64,000 nucleotides of DNA from a virus (IMGVR_UViG_3300017963_005353:1-64000), one strand, 5' to 3'. Shown: positions 9,423 through 18,386, counted from the stretch's first letter. A program made the numbers and translations. Notes: generated from the letters alone by a model not told the origin.

Positions 9423-10015
9423 GAGACTACAGGCACATCGACCGGTATTTGACCGAACTCCAGGCAGACGTCTACCCGCAGCCGCAAGACGACCAGACCC
9501 AGGGGCTCATCGCTCAACTGGCGAAACAATGGCTGCCACGGTTGCAGGGGCTCGACAGCATCCTTGACGTGGGCTGTGCCCAGGGACAGGCCATTCCCAT
9601 CCTGGAGAAATATTGTCCGAACGTCGTGGGGGCAACGCTCGGTACCGACGCCATGGTTGCCAGCCAACAGGGGCACACCGTCTACTACGCCGACATGTCC
9701 TTTCTCCCCTTTGGAGAGGGGGAGTTCAAGCTGCTCTGGTGCCGCCACGTGCTCGAGCACTCACCCATGCCGCTCATCACGCTCATGGAGTGGCACCGGG
9801 TCGCCCGCCAGTGGTGCATCTGTGTGGTGCCGACCATCGAGGCCCATGGCTACGGGGATGCCAGCGATCAGCACTACTATGTCCTCCACGAAAAGCAGTG
9901 GAAAAACTTGTTTCAACGAACCGGCTGGCACGTGCTATGGCAGGACTATTCCTATGGCGTCGAAATGCGCTGGCTCCTGGAGAAAAAGGAACGACCGAAA
10001 GGATCGCCCTCATGA
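9419..10015 (+). CDS. Class I SAM-dependent methyltransferase
   Basis: ILDVGCAQG, ADMSFLPF and RHVLEHSP. Confidence 0.85.
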   Translation: MRDYRHIDRYLTELQADVYPQPQDDQTQGLIAQLAKQWLPRLQGLDSILDVGCAQGQAIPILEKYCPNVVGATLGTDAMVASQQGHTVYYADMSFLPFGEGEFKLLWCRHVLEHSPMPLITLMEWHRVARQWCICVVPTIEAHGYGDASDQHYYVLHEKQWKNLFQRTGWHVLWQDYSYGVEMRWLLEKKERPKGSPS

Positions 10016-10473
10016 CCGACGTAAGGCTGACCGATATAAAGTGGATCGACCCTGGCGTGGCCCAGGCCCTTGACGGGGCCGGTGTGACTGTTGAGACCCT
10101 GGCCGCCATGACCGCAAACGAGCTTCTGGGGAAATTCCCGTTTGTGGGAACGATCAACGCCTGGCTCCTGACCGACGAGGCCCGGTATGTCATGGGACAG
10201 GTGGAGGCAGGGCTGTGGTCGCCACAAGAGAAACTCGACCTGGAAATGACCCTGAAAGAGCTTGAGGAAATAGAGCGACAAGAGGCCATGGAACGAATAC
10301 GCCCGCGCATGAAATGGCCTCCCGATACCCCTGCCCAGGTACAGACCAGCGGCAAATCGGTCCGTGTGGAGCGGATAGAGGCTCAAAGGGCACGCCAGGC
10401 CCAACTGGACGCCGAGCGGGAACGGTTGGTCAAGCTGATCCTGGATCAAGACGATGAGGAGGATCCAGAATGA
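10012..10473 (+). CDS. Hypothetical protein with an N-terminal helix-hairpin-helix-like motif
   Basis: LTDIKWIDPGVAQAL..AGVTVETLA resembles HhH repeats; ATGA-coupled at both ends. Confidence 0.5.
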   Translation: MTDVRLTDIKWIDPGVAQALDGAGVTVETLAAMTANELLGKFPFVGTINAWLLTDEARYVMGQVEAGLWSPQEKLDLEMTLKELEEIERQEAMERIRPRMKWPPDTPAQVQTSGKSVRVERIEAQRARQAQLDAERERLVKLILDQDDEEDPE

Positions 10474-11381
10474 AGGTCGTGCTGTCGGGCATTTACTACC
10501 CGTTTGCCATTCTCCGGTATTTTGAACTGGCCTTGCGTCGGCGTGACGACGTGGAGTTGATCACGGTCGGTCCCTGGACCGGGGCGTGGATACCGTGGAA
10601 CGGGGGCATGAATTTACCCATGCAGTACGCCGGCCGGCCCGACATGGCGTTTCCCAACACGCAAACCTTTCGCAACCTGCCTGTATCGTTCGTGGAGGCC
10701 AAGCTGGCCGCCGCGAATCTTGGGCCGGTTGACCTGTGGCTCCAGGTAGACGCCGGTTTCTACCTGGATGGGCATCCATCGCATGGCAAAAACGTCATCG
10801 TCGCTACTGATCCGCATGTGCTGAACTATGACCGGCAACGGACACTGGCAGATGTTTTCTACTGTATGCAGCAGACCTATGCCAAACCGGGGGATGTGTA
10901 TCTGCCCTACGCCCACGACCCAATTCATCACGCTCCCCCTGACGAACCGGTGGACAAGGAGTTTGACTGCTGCCTGCTCGGGTTGCACTACCCGCAGCGG
11001 GTAGAGCTCGTCAGGCAGTTGAGGGTACGGAACATCTCAGTCAAGTTCGCTTTAGGTCCGATATATGAGGAGGCTCGTCAGTTTTACAACGCTGCCCACA
11101 TCGGTCTCAACTGGTCGAGCCTCCTTGATTTGAACGCCCGCGTGTTCGAACTCCTGGGGTTTGGCGTGCTGGCGGTGGTCAACCGGGTGCCTGACCTGGG
11201 CCGGTTTTTCAAGGAGGACGAGCACCTGGTCGTGTTTGATGACATGAAGGAAGCGGTTGAAAAGGTGGTGTACTATCTTGACCGCGCCGACGAACGAGAG
11301 CGGATCGCCGCCCAGGGGCACAGGGCCGTTTCGGGACACACGTGGGACGCTCGTGTGGCGACGATCTTGGAGGGGGCATAA
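10470..11381 (+). CDS. CgeB-like glycosyltransferase (GT-B fold)
   Basis: YLPYAHDP, YPQR, IGLN...LNARVFE and ERERIAAQG...HTWDARV. Confidence 0.82.
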   Translation: MKVVLSGIYYPFAILRYFELALRRRDDVELITVGPWTGAWIPWNGGMNLPMQYAGRPDMAFPNTQTFRNLPVSFVEAKLAAANLGPVDLWLQVDAGFYLDGHPSHGKNVIVATDPHVLNYDRQRTLADVFYCMQQTYAKPGDVYLPYAHDPIHHAPPDEPVDKEFDCCLLGLHYPQRVELVRQLRVRNISVKFALGPIYEEARQFYNAAHIGLNWSSLLDLNARVFELLGFGVLAVVNRVPDLGRFFKEDEHLVVFDDMKEAVEKVVYYLDRADERERIAAQGHRAVSGHTWDARVATILEGA

Positions 11382-11384
11382 GGT

Positions 11385-11780
11385 ATGAGCAAGCGGATAA
11401 ACAGGGCGCCAGCCGTCGTCAAGCACCTGGGGGAGCCCAAAGAGGCCCGGACTCTAAAGGGCACGATCGTGCACCGGCAAGACAAGCTGTGGGTTGATCA
11501 GTGGGGGCGGTTTGTGCCCTGTGCTCCCTATGACGATCACTTTCTCTATGAGAGCCCGGACAAGACACCGGGCAGCCCGACGTTCATGTGCACCTGTGGA
11601 AGTGCGGCCATCATCGTGGGAGCGGGCAAGGCAGAGATGTTCGTGTGCATGATGCACGTCACCACAGGCAAACACACGACGAGCTTGGTCAATATCAAAG
11701 ACTTTCCAGACATTGGGGGGCAGACCATCGGAGAGCCTGGGCCGGGCATTGACCTGCCAGGAGGAAAGCTGAAACTATGA
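11385..11780 (+). CDS. Hypothetical protein, putative Zn-binding (CxC...CxxH...H)
   Basis: Fills the operon; CTCGS...CMMH....KH. Confidence 0.55.
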   Translation: MSKRINRAPAVVKHLGEPKEARTLKGTIVHRQDKLWVDQWGRFVPCAPYDDHFLYESPDKTPGSPTFMCTCGSAAIIVGAGKAEMFVCMMHVTTGKHTTSLVNIKDFPDIGGQTIGEPGPGIDLPGGKLKL

Positions 11781-12061
11781 GCACTGGTCCTGGACGACCA
11801 GTACAGGGCGACACAAACGCCACCGAACAAGTTGACGCCACTGGTGCTCAGGTCCATGAGATTTCCATTGACGCCAAACACCTGGTTACACTCACCTTTC
11901 CGGAGGGTACGTCATCTAAGCGGGCCAGCCACACGATTCAATCCATGCGCCGATTGCTGGACGAATGGTGGACAAACCGCCAGCCCTTTTTGGTTGTGGG
12001 ACTTCTGGATGGTCTGGAACTCCGGTTTCACAGAAAAAAGACCGAAGAGGATGCCGGGTGA
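11777..12061 (+). CDS. Hypothetical protein
   Basis: Translationally coupled (ATGA/GTGA) on both sides. Confidence 0.55.
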   Translation: MSTGPGRPVQGDTNATEQVDATGAQVHEISIDAKHLVTLTFPEGTSSKRASHTIQSMRRLLDEWWTNRQPFLVVGLLDGLELRFHRKKTEEDAG

Positions 12062-13128
12062 AAATTGACCTGTTGTGCAACGATGGATCTCCCCTAGGTG
12101 TTGTTCCCGGGGACATATATGGGCGGGGCGTTGGCGGGGCAGAATTGTCGATGCTCACCTGGGCGACGACCATGGCCGCCAGGGGACATCAGGTTCGCGT
12201 GTTCAACGATCCCAAACCGCCCGGCGTCCATGATGGGGTAGAGTTCCTCCCCAGGAGCGCGTTTGAGCCAAGAGACGGCACGCGGGATGCTTTCGTGATC
12301 TACCGTTCCCCCAATGCCCACACGAAAGCGGGGCAGGCAGCGATCAAGGTACACTGGTCTATGGACCAGTTTACGGTCGGAAACTACTCGCTGGACATTG
12401 TACCACATGTGGATACGATTGTATGCATTTCACCCTACCATGTGCAGGACTACCGGAACCGGTATCACCCGCCAGTGGAGAAAATGGGCTACCTGGACCT
12501 GGGGGTCAAACTGGCCGACTATGACCAGAAGGTGGAGAAAGTGCATGGGTTGTGTATCTTCTGCTCGATGCCCGACCGGGGGCTGCGCCATTTGCACCCG
12601 CTGTGGGCCAGGATTCTTGAGCAAGAGCCGGGCGCAACGCTGGTCATCACAGGCGATTATACCCTGTGGGGAGCAAAGAATCCGGGCAACCATCAGCACC
12701 GGCTCCAATGGTTGCACACGCCCGGCGTCAAGTTCGTGGGGAATATCCCACGGGAGGAACTGGTCAAGGCCCAATTGGAGGCCCAGGTTCATGCCTATCC
12801 TTGCGTCTATAAGGAATTGTTCTGCATCGCCGCCGCCGAGTGCCAAGTGGCCGGGGCGGTGCCCATCACGACGCCGACGGGAGCCCTGGCGACGACCAAT
12901 GCGTTCGGGTTTCTCCTGCCCGGCAACATTCTGGCCTCTCGTTGGCAGCACATGTTCGTCAAAGCGGTGATCGCTGCCATGCGAATGACCAATGCCGAGC
13001 GGGAGACGATGCGGGCACAGGCCCGCGCCAGGTTCGATTGGAATGTCATTTGCGGGCAGTGGGAAACCCTGTTGGAGACGGGCCAGTTCCCGGAAGGACA
13101 CCGTGGGGATCAGTTGGGGAAACCGTAA
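12058..13128 (+). CDS. Glycosyltransferase family 4 (GT-B)
   Basis: GVGGAE, SMPDRGL and YPCVYKELFCIAAAECQVAG..P (EX7E). Confidence 0.85.
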   Translation: MKIDLLCNDGSPLGVVPGDIYGRGVGGAELSMLTWATTMAARGHQVRVFNDPKPPGVHDGVEFLPRSAFEPRDGTRDAFVIYRSPNAHTKAGQAAIKVHWSMDQFTVGNYSLDIVPHVDTIVCISPYHVQDYRNRYHPPVEKMGYLDLGVKLADYDQKVEKVHGLCIFCSMPDRGLRHLHPLWARILEQEPGATLVITGDYTLWGAKNPGNHQHRLQWLHTPGVKFVGNIPREELVKAQLEAQVHAYPCVYKELFCIAAAECQVAGAVPITTPTGALATTNAFGFLLPGNILASRWQHMFVKAVIAAMRMTNAERETMRAQARARFDWNVICGQWETLLETGQFPEGHRGDQLGKP

Positions 13129-13454
13129 TGACCGCTTGAGGGCACGGGCGGGATGGCACTTCTGAGGCTTGAAAGAAACGTGAGTCGATGTTGCGTGCTG
13201 AACTGCCTGAGCGGGGAGGACATGATAGCGTAGCGCACGCAAAGCAGGTGCTTGCAGGCGGCCTTGCCGATGGCGAGCACCGCGAAAGAGCGGCTCTTGA
13301 TGTTGGCCGCCCCGTTCATCATGACGCCGGAGATGGGCTTTAGCACCAAGGGCAGGCCATAGAACCGCATCCCGCAAACGGGGCATTGGACGTGGAGGTC
13401 CTGGACTCGGAAAATGGTTTGATCGTCCATGGTGAAGGGGCTCACTGGAAACAT
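13110..13454 (-). CDS. Small antisense protein with CPVCG motif, probably leaderless
   Basis: ATG 13454 lies 6 nt downstream of the -10 box of a consensus promoter and fills the only gap in the + strand operon. Confidence 0.5.
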   Translation of the reverse strand: MFPVSPFTMDDQTIFRVQDLHVQCPVCGMRFYGLPLVLKPISGVMMNGAANIKSRSFAVLAIGKAACKHLLCVRYAIMSSPLRQFSTQHRLTFLSSLRSAIPPVPSSGHYGFPN

Positions 13455-13460
13455 GCTTAA

Positions 13461-13489
13461 ATTGTACCACATTCGATATATTCTGTCAA
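13461..13489 (-). promoter_or_regulatory. Sigma70 promoter, antisense to the late operon
   Basis: TTGACA-17 nt-TACAAT with an extended -10 TG. Confidence 0.75.
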
Positions 13490-13498
13490 GGAAAACAC

Positions 13499-14677
13499 AT
13501 GACTATAGTTTATGTTTCCGATTTTGACCTGCGCGGCTCAGGTTATATGAACATAGCGGTCTCCATGTGCACCGGCCTCGTCGAGCAACATGGGCGGGAC
13601 GTGATCGCCCTGGGGTTTGGGTATGACGGGCGAGAGCACCATCACCCGTTCAAGATCGTGCCCAGCAAGCCCCAGCTTGTGCCAGACATGGTACGCTTGT
13701 TGGGACAGCAAGAGGTGGACATCGAGGCCATCGTGGTGGCCCTGGATATACCCTTGCAGGAAGCTCTCATGAGAAAGGTACAGGTGCCGGGTGAAATCCC
13801 CTACATCGGCCTGTTCCCGGTGGAGGGGCCACCTGTCACCATGTCGTGGGCCATGCAACTCGCCAGGATGGATCAAGCCCTTGTCATGAGCCGGTTTGGA
13901 CAAAAGGCGCTCGCCGACGCTGGTGTACAGGCAACCTATGTGCCCATCGGGGTCAACTGTGCCCAATGGCGACCGCCAGTAGAGAACGAAAGGATTATGA
14001 TCCGGGAGGGCCTGGGAATCCCCGACGACGTGTTCATGGTGCTGACCGTGGCCGACAACCAGGAGCGGAAAAACCTGTCTGTTGCCATGGAGATATTCGC
14101 CCATTTCTCCCTGGACGTTGAAGAAACCGACCAGTATGGGCATATTTTGAGCGCAACGCCAAAGCGACCCACACAATGGCACCTGGTCACACGGCCAGAA
14201 TCGCCCATCGGGTTCAAGCTCAACGACCTGGCGATGGACATGCAGGTCATGGATCGCCTGGTGCTTTACAACCGGGGGATGCCGTTCAAGGCCCTGTGGT
14301 CCCTGTTTGTGGCGGCTGATGCTTTCCTGCTGACCAGCAAGGCCGAGGGGCTTGCCATGCCAGTGTTGGAGGCCATGGCCTGCCGGCTGCCTGTGGTGGG
14401 CACAGACACGTGTGCCATACACGAGCACCTCACCTCCGGGCGGGGGTTGCTCATCAAGCCGGGCTATCTGATGATCGACCCGTGGGGCAACTCTCAAAGG
14501 GCTCTGGCCGACAGGGATGCGGGCGTGAGAGCCCTGGAGCGGTTGGCAGACATGGATACGGACAAGCGAGAGGCCATGCTTGACAAAGCCCAGGGCTATG
14601 TGCAAAAACGAACCTGGGACAAAGCAGTCAATGTGTTGAACGAGGCCATAGATCAGGCGGTGAGGAGCAAACAGTGA
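13499..14677 (+). CDS. Glycosyltransferase family 4
   Basis: SGY, TVADNQERKN and ADAFLLTSKAEGLAMPVLEAMACRLPVV. Confidence 0.88.
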   Translation: MTIVYVSDFDLRGSGYMNIAVSMCTGLVEQHGRDVIALGFGYDGREHHHPFKIVPSKPQLVPDMVRLLGQQEVDIEAIVVALDIPLQEALMRKVQVPGEIPYIGLFPVEGPPVTMSWAMQLARMDQALVMSRFGQKALADAGVQATYVPIGVNCAQWRPPVENERIMIREGLGIPDDVFMVLTVADNQERKNLSVAMEIFAHFSLDVEETDQYGHILSATPKRPTQWHLVTRPESPIGFKLNDLAMDMQVMDRLVLYNRGMPFKALWSLFVAADAFLLTSKAEGLAMPVLEAMACRLPVVGTDTCAIHEHLTSGRGLLIKPGYLMIDPWGNSQRALADRDAGVRALERLADMDTDKREAMLDKAQGYVQKRTWDKAVNVLNEAIDQAVRSKQ

Positions 14678-15576
14678 GTCGGAAAAGGAAAAAGGGTAAA
14701 CGCCCCAGGAAACCACGACAGCAGGCCGGGCGGGTTCGACAGGACACCATGCTCGATGTGGTGATCCCCGTCTATGGCCGGCCCGATATGCTCGGCCAAT
14801 GCCTGGCGGCCCTGGCGGCGACGGCCGGCGACCTGTCCTATTCCCTGTTCGTCGTGGACGACAAGGGACCCGATCAAGAGGCGTTGCAAAAAATCTATGC
14901 CGCGCTACCCCCTGACGCCTGGCTGTTACGCAATGCCCAAAACATGGGCTTTCCCTACACTGCCAACAGGGGGGCCGAACAGGGCAGGAGCGAGTTTATT
15001 GTGTTCCTGTCCACGGACATCGTGTTGCAAGAGGGGTGTCTGCAAGCGATGATAGGCGAGATGTTGGAGAACCCAAAAACAGGTGTCGTCGGGGCAAAGC
15101 TGCTTTTCCCCGAAGAGAGCGACGACCCGGCCCGGCCCGTGGGCAAGATCCAGCACGCGGGCCTGTGTGTCAACATTCAGGGCAACCTGGCCCATGCCAA
15201 CATAGGATGGAGCCCTGACCATCTCAAGGTCAACCAGCGCCGGGTGCTTCAGGCCGTGACCGGGGGGCTCCTGATGACCCGCCGTGAGACCTGGCAGCGC
15301 GTAGCTAAATACTACAGGCAGATTGACGGGGACCCGACCCGAGGGGGTTTCAACCTGGTCTATGGCAAGGGCACCTATGAGGATGTGGAATACTGCATCG
15401 CCGCCAGGGGAAATGGGTATGACGTGGTGTACGTTCCCCAGGCTGTGGCAACGCATCACGTGGGGGCATCGGTCAAGGGCTCTGAGACAGGGGGGTTTGC
15501 CTTGAATCGCAACGCCACGATCTTTGCCGCCCGGTGCGGCCACATGCTGCATTGGGACATGTGGAGGTTTTGCTGA
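14674..15576 (+). CDS. Glycosyltransferase family 2
   Basis: DVVIPVYG, VVDD, NMGFPYTANRG, FLSTD, IQHAG, AVTGG and YEDVEYC. Confidence 0.88.
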   Translation: MSRKRKKGKRPRKPRQQAGRVRQDTMLDVVIPVYGRPDMLGQCLAALAATAGDLSYSLFVVDDKGPDQEALQKIYAALPPDAWLLRNAQNMGFPYTANRGAEQGRSEFIVFLSTDIVLQEGCLQAMIGEMLENPKTGVVGAKLLFPEESDDPARPVGKIQHAGLCVNIQGNLAHANIGWSPDHLKVNQRRVLQAVTGGLLMTRRETWQRVAKYYRQIDGDPTRGGFNLVYGKGTYEDVEYCIAARGNGYDVVYVPQAVATHHVGASVKGSETGGFALNRNATIFAARCGHMLHWDMWRFC

Positions 15577-16298
15577 TGAGCGCTTTGCACATTATCACAA
15601 CGCCGAGCATCCTTACCGATGCCATATTCACTCAATACGGGGGTCAAACGGGTACGTCTACAGCCGCCCAACGCCGGGCCGCCTACTGTATTGCGGAAGG
15701 GGCAGCGGTGGACGAGATCGGCACGTTCCTATCGCCGACAACCTTCACAGGCACGTTTCAATGGCCTCCCCAAGGGCAGTTCTACAAACTGCCTCACGAC
15801 CAGGTAACAGCCATCACCAGCTTGTACAGCATCCATGAGGCCGGGTGTGAGTGCGCCGATACCGTGGTTGAATTGGAGGGGTGCGCCTGGATCGACGACA
15901 CAGACAATGGAATCATCGACGTGCGAGAGGTGGGCAACACGGCCAAGGCTGCGTGCTCTGCCTGCTGCTCTTGTGCTGGCTCCCCATGGGGCTATGGCGT
16001 GCCCTACCAGTTTCGCGTGGTCTACCAGGCCGGCCTGCCCACAGAGGCCGCCAGTGACCCGCGCCTACTCATGGGACTGACCGAGTTTGCCGACCTTGCC
16101 CTGGAGCAAATCATTGATCCAAGCGGGGCAGAGGGTGGGCCGGGTGATCCCGGCGTGCAGGAGTTCTCCTCCCAGGGATACAGCGAGAAACGGACGAAAC
16201 TGAAAAGCACTGCCATGGGAAGTTCCGCTCGGGCGAACTATGCCGCAAAACTGCTGCGGTCCTTCTCTCGCCATGGGGCGCTCAAGTTAGGATGGTGA
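15576..16298 (+). CDS. Head-tail connector/adaptor protein (Cys-rich)
   Basis: First gene of the head-tail block; VVYQAG...LM motif typical of gp6-like adaptors. Confidence 0.55.
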   Translation: MSALHIITTPSILTDAIFTQYGGQTGTSTAAQRRAAYCIAEGAAVDEIGTFLSPTTFTGTFQWPPQGQFYKLPHDQVTAITSLYSIHEAGCECADTVVELEGCAWIDDTDNGIIDVREVGNTAKAACSACCSCAGSPWGYGVPYQFRVVYQAGLPTEAASDPRLLMGLTEFADLALEQIIDPSGAEGGPGDPGVQEFSSQGYSEKRTKLKSTAMGSSARANYAAKLLRSFSRHGALKLGW

Positions 16299-16301
16299 CG
16301 C

Positions 16302-16673
16302 ATGACCGCAGGGTTGAACATCAGGATCAATGTGTGGAGCATGACCCAGGACGCCGACGATGACGTGGGCGGGGCGGTGATTACCGGCACCATTTCTTAC
16401 CACAATGTCGAGGCCCGGTTGACCATGCGCCGGCCGGCTCAGATCCTCTTGCAGCAGGGACTTGAGACGATCAAGACCGCTGATCTGATGATTCAGGGGA
16501 GAGACGTCACGGTCTATGAGCGGGACGAGATTCAGATTATATGGCCACTCGATCACCCGTTCTACAATGACCGGTTTCGGGTCGAAGGCGTGCAACCGAG
16601 TAGCCGGCGCCAAAAGTATGGGCCAAAAACCTATACCGTCAGCCGGATCGAACGGACCAGGACACAGCAATGA
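16302..16673 (+). CDS. Head-closure (stopper) protein
   Basis: 123 aa; DDDVGG...D.I......F.V..V pattern; synteny. Confidence 0.6.
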   Translation: MTAGLNIRINVWSMTQDADDDVGGAVITGTISYHNVEARLTMRRPAQILLQQGLETIKTADLMIQGRDVTVYERDEIQIIWPLDHPFYNDRFRVEGVQPSSRRQKYGPKTYTVSRIERTRTQQ

Positions 16674-16675
16674 GC

Positions 16676-16704
16676 TTGATTAACGGGGCATTTCGTGGTA
16701 TAAT
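16676..16704 (+). promoter_or_regulatory. Sigma70 promoter inside the late operon
   Basis: TTGATT-17 nt-TATAAT with an extended -10 TG. Confidence 0.6.
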
Positions 16705-16716
16705 GGAGAGGCAAAC

Positions 16717-16953
16717 ATGACAGGCGGCATCCGAGGAGATTGGCAAGAGGTCAGGGACCGCACCAGGCTGTGGTGCAAAATTGACCCAAAGCGTTGCCTG
16801 CTCGAGATAGTACACCGAGGGGTCAGGAAGCTGATTGACCTGCGGGCATATGGCCTGGCATTTGTTGGGGAGGCGGCTCTTGAGCGGGAGTCGTTTTCAC
16901 AGGTAGCGTCAACGCCTTTGCCCCCTGATCAAGCCACTCCCAGCGAGCAATGA
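16717..16953 (+). CDS. Small hypothetical protein (possible regulator)
   Basis: 78 aa immediately downstream of the promoter at 16676. Confidence 0.55.
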   Translation: MTGGIRGDWQEVRDRTRLWCKIDPKRCLLEIVHRGVRKLIDLRAYGLAFVGEAALERESFSQVASTPLPPDQATPSEQ

Positions 16954-17005
16954 GCTCTGCCCTGGTTATGCGTTGTGATCTGTTCAAATCGGGCAACATG
17001 TCCAT
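16823..17005 (-). CDS. Possible leaderless antisense small protein
   Basis: ATG 17005 lies 6 nt after TGGTAAAAT, the same layout as 13454. Confidence 0.3.
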   Translation of the reverse strand: MDMLPDLNRSQRITRAELIARWEWLDQGAKALTLPVKTTPAQEPPPQQMPGHMPAGQSAS

Positions 17006-17011
17006 GCCTTA

Positions 17012-17041
17012 ATTTTACCATAGATCAATCCCTGGTGTCGA
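17012..17041 (-). promoter_or_regulatory. Probable sigma70 promoter (antisense)
   Basis: TCGACA-18 nt-TAAAAT with an extended -10 TG. Confidence 0.45.
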
Positions 17042-17115
17042 GCAGAAACATTGAGAATCCCTTAAGGAAGCATTAACCTCATACCGATATAGCGCCGAGA
17101 GCGCGTCACCATCAG

Positions 17116-17150
17116 AAACGCCCTGAGCGTAGATGCTCAGGGCGTTTTGT
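17116..17150 (+). terminator. Intrinsic terminator-like hairpin
   Basis: AAACGCCCTGAGC-GTAGAT-GCTCAGGGCGTTT followed by TGTGTT. Confidence 0.7.
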
Positions 17151-17153
17151 GTT

Positions 17154-17645
17154 ATGGTCAAACGAGCGGGCAAGCTCAAAAAGATGCGGGGGGCAGCGAC
17201 TAACGCGGTCAAGCGGGGGCTGATCATCAGCGGCATGTTGGTCGCTCAACGGGCAACGCGCCGGGCTCCTAGGCTGACAGGGCGATTGAAACGGTCCATC
17301 ACCCACGGCAAGCCCTACAAGCGGGGGCGCACAGGATGGGCCATTGACGTGGGCACCAATGTGGAATACGCCCGCGCCCAGGAGCTTGGCAGTGGCATAC
17401 ATGCCGAGGGCGGGGGGCAGCCTTATCCCATTCGCCCGGTCAAAAAGAAGGCCCTGGCGTTCGTGTGGCCCGATGCGCCGGCCCACATCAAGCCCAGCCC
17501 CGAGACGGGCAAAGTGGTGCTCGCCAGTGTTATGCACCCCGGGGTCAAGCCGCAACCTTACCTGAGACCGGCGTTGAACGCAAGTATCCAGGAGATCAAG
17601 GGGATCCTGCTTAGTTCCCTTATCACAGGGCTCAGGAAGATGTGA
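17154..17645 (+). CDS. HK97 gp10-like tail completion/neck protein
   Basis: APRLTGRLKRSI, VGTNVEYARAQELG and HPGVKPQPYLRPAL. Confidence 0.85.
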   Translation: MVKRAGKLKKMRGAATNAVKRGLIISGMLVAQRATRRAPRLTGRLKRSITHGKPYKRGRTGWAIDVGTNVEYARAQELGSGIHAEGGGQPYPIRPVKKKALAFVWPDAPAHIKPSPETGKVVLASVMHPGVKPQPYLRPALNASIQEIKGILLSSLITGLRKM

Positions 17646-18070
17646 TGGTCGGAAACGACGTGGTTCAAGCGGCCCTGGTCGCCGCTCTGAAAGCGAACAC
17701 TGCCCTGACGACCTGGCTCGCTGCCAGGAGCACTGCCGGCGAGATACGGGAGGCCCAATACCAGGGCACACAGTTTTCCTACCCGGCTGTTCGCGTGGCC
17801 GTGGGCGATCAGGTCCCTGTGGGCGACACGTGCTACACGACCAGGGCAGAGGTGACGTTCGAGACCTGGTGCTATTCGGAGCACGACAGTTCGCAGCAGT
17901 GCGACCAGCTTGCCAAGCTCGTGGCTGATGCTCTGTTGGGCAAGCGGATCAGCGGGACAGGCTTTGCGTCGTTGGTCATTTTGTGCGACAGCTTTCCCCA
18001 TGCCGTGCGCACCGGTGAAAGGCTGTGGGAAGCGTTCGCCCTATGGAGAATGGAGATATACGAGACGTGA
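17642..18070 (+). CDS. Tail terminator (DUF3168/gp17-like)
   Basis: VQAALVAALKAN..L, YP.V and synteny before the tail tube. Confidence 0.7.
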   Translation: MMVGNDVVQAALVAALKANTALTTWLAARSTAGEIREAQYQGTQFSYPAVRVAVGDQVPVGDTCYTTRAEVTFETWCYSEHDSSQQCDQLAKLVADALLGKRISGTGFASLVILCDSFPHAVRTGERLWEAFALWRMEIYET

Positions 18071-18375
18071 CCTGGCGCGATGAGTGGACCGATCGGGGGG
18101 AAACGGACAAATGGCTGGCAGAGATGGCCTGTAAGGAGCGGGCGGTTTTGCCCGGGGCATTGCGTTGCCGGTTTCACACCCGCCTGGTCATTCCCGGCCG
18201 CATGGTCCCAAGTGGGCGCCGATACGTTGCCAACCCGGGCCAGGTCATTCCCATAGACGAACAGGATCGGGAAACCCTACTCAGTATGACGAGACGACAG
18301 GATGGCTGCTCCGGCTGTGGGGGCAGCCGCCGAGACGCGACACAGCCCTATTTTGAAGAAGTACCAGAAGGTTAG
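18067..18375 (+). CDS. Hypothetical protein with a C-terminal CxxC
   Basis: GTGA-coupled; GCSGCGG; lies between the tail terminator and the tail tube. Confidence 0.5.
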   Translation: MTWRDEWTDRGETDKWLAEMACKERAVLPGALRCRFHTRLVIPGRMVPSGRRYVANPGQVIPIDEQDRETLLSMTRRQDGCSGCGGSRRDATQPYFEEVPEG

Positions 18376-18386
18376 GAGGTTCAACC

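Noticed and set aside
12430-14716. Long antisense ORFs (346 and 392 aa) and many similar shadow ORFs throughout
   Set aside because: They mirror motif-bearing genes on the opposite strand, which is expected in high-GC DNA, and they lack motifs or an RBS
4342-15576. Capsid-adjacent GT island as DNA hypermodification
   Set aside because: No hydroxymethylase, TET/JBP or DNA polymerase is visible, and the location is in the structural operon. This reading is disfavoured but not excluded, since the genome is incomplete.
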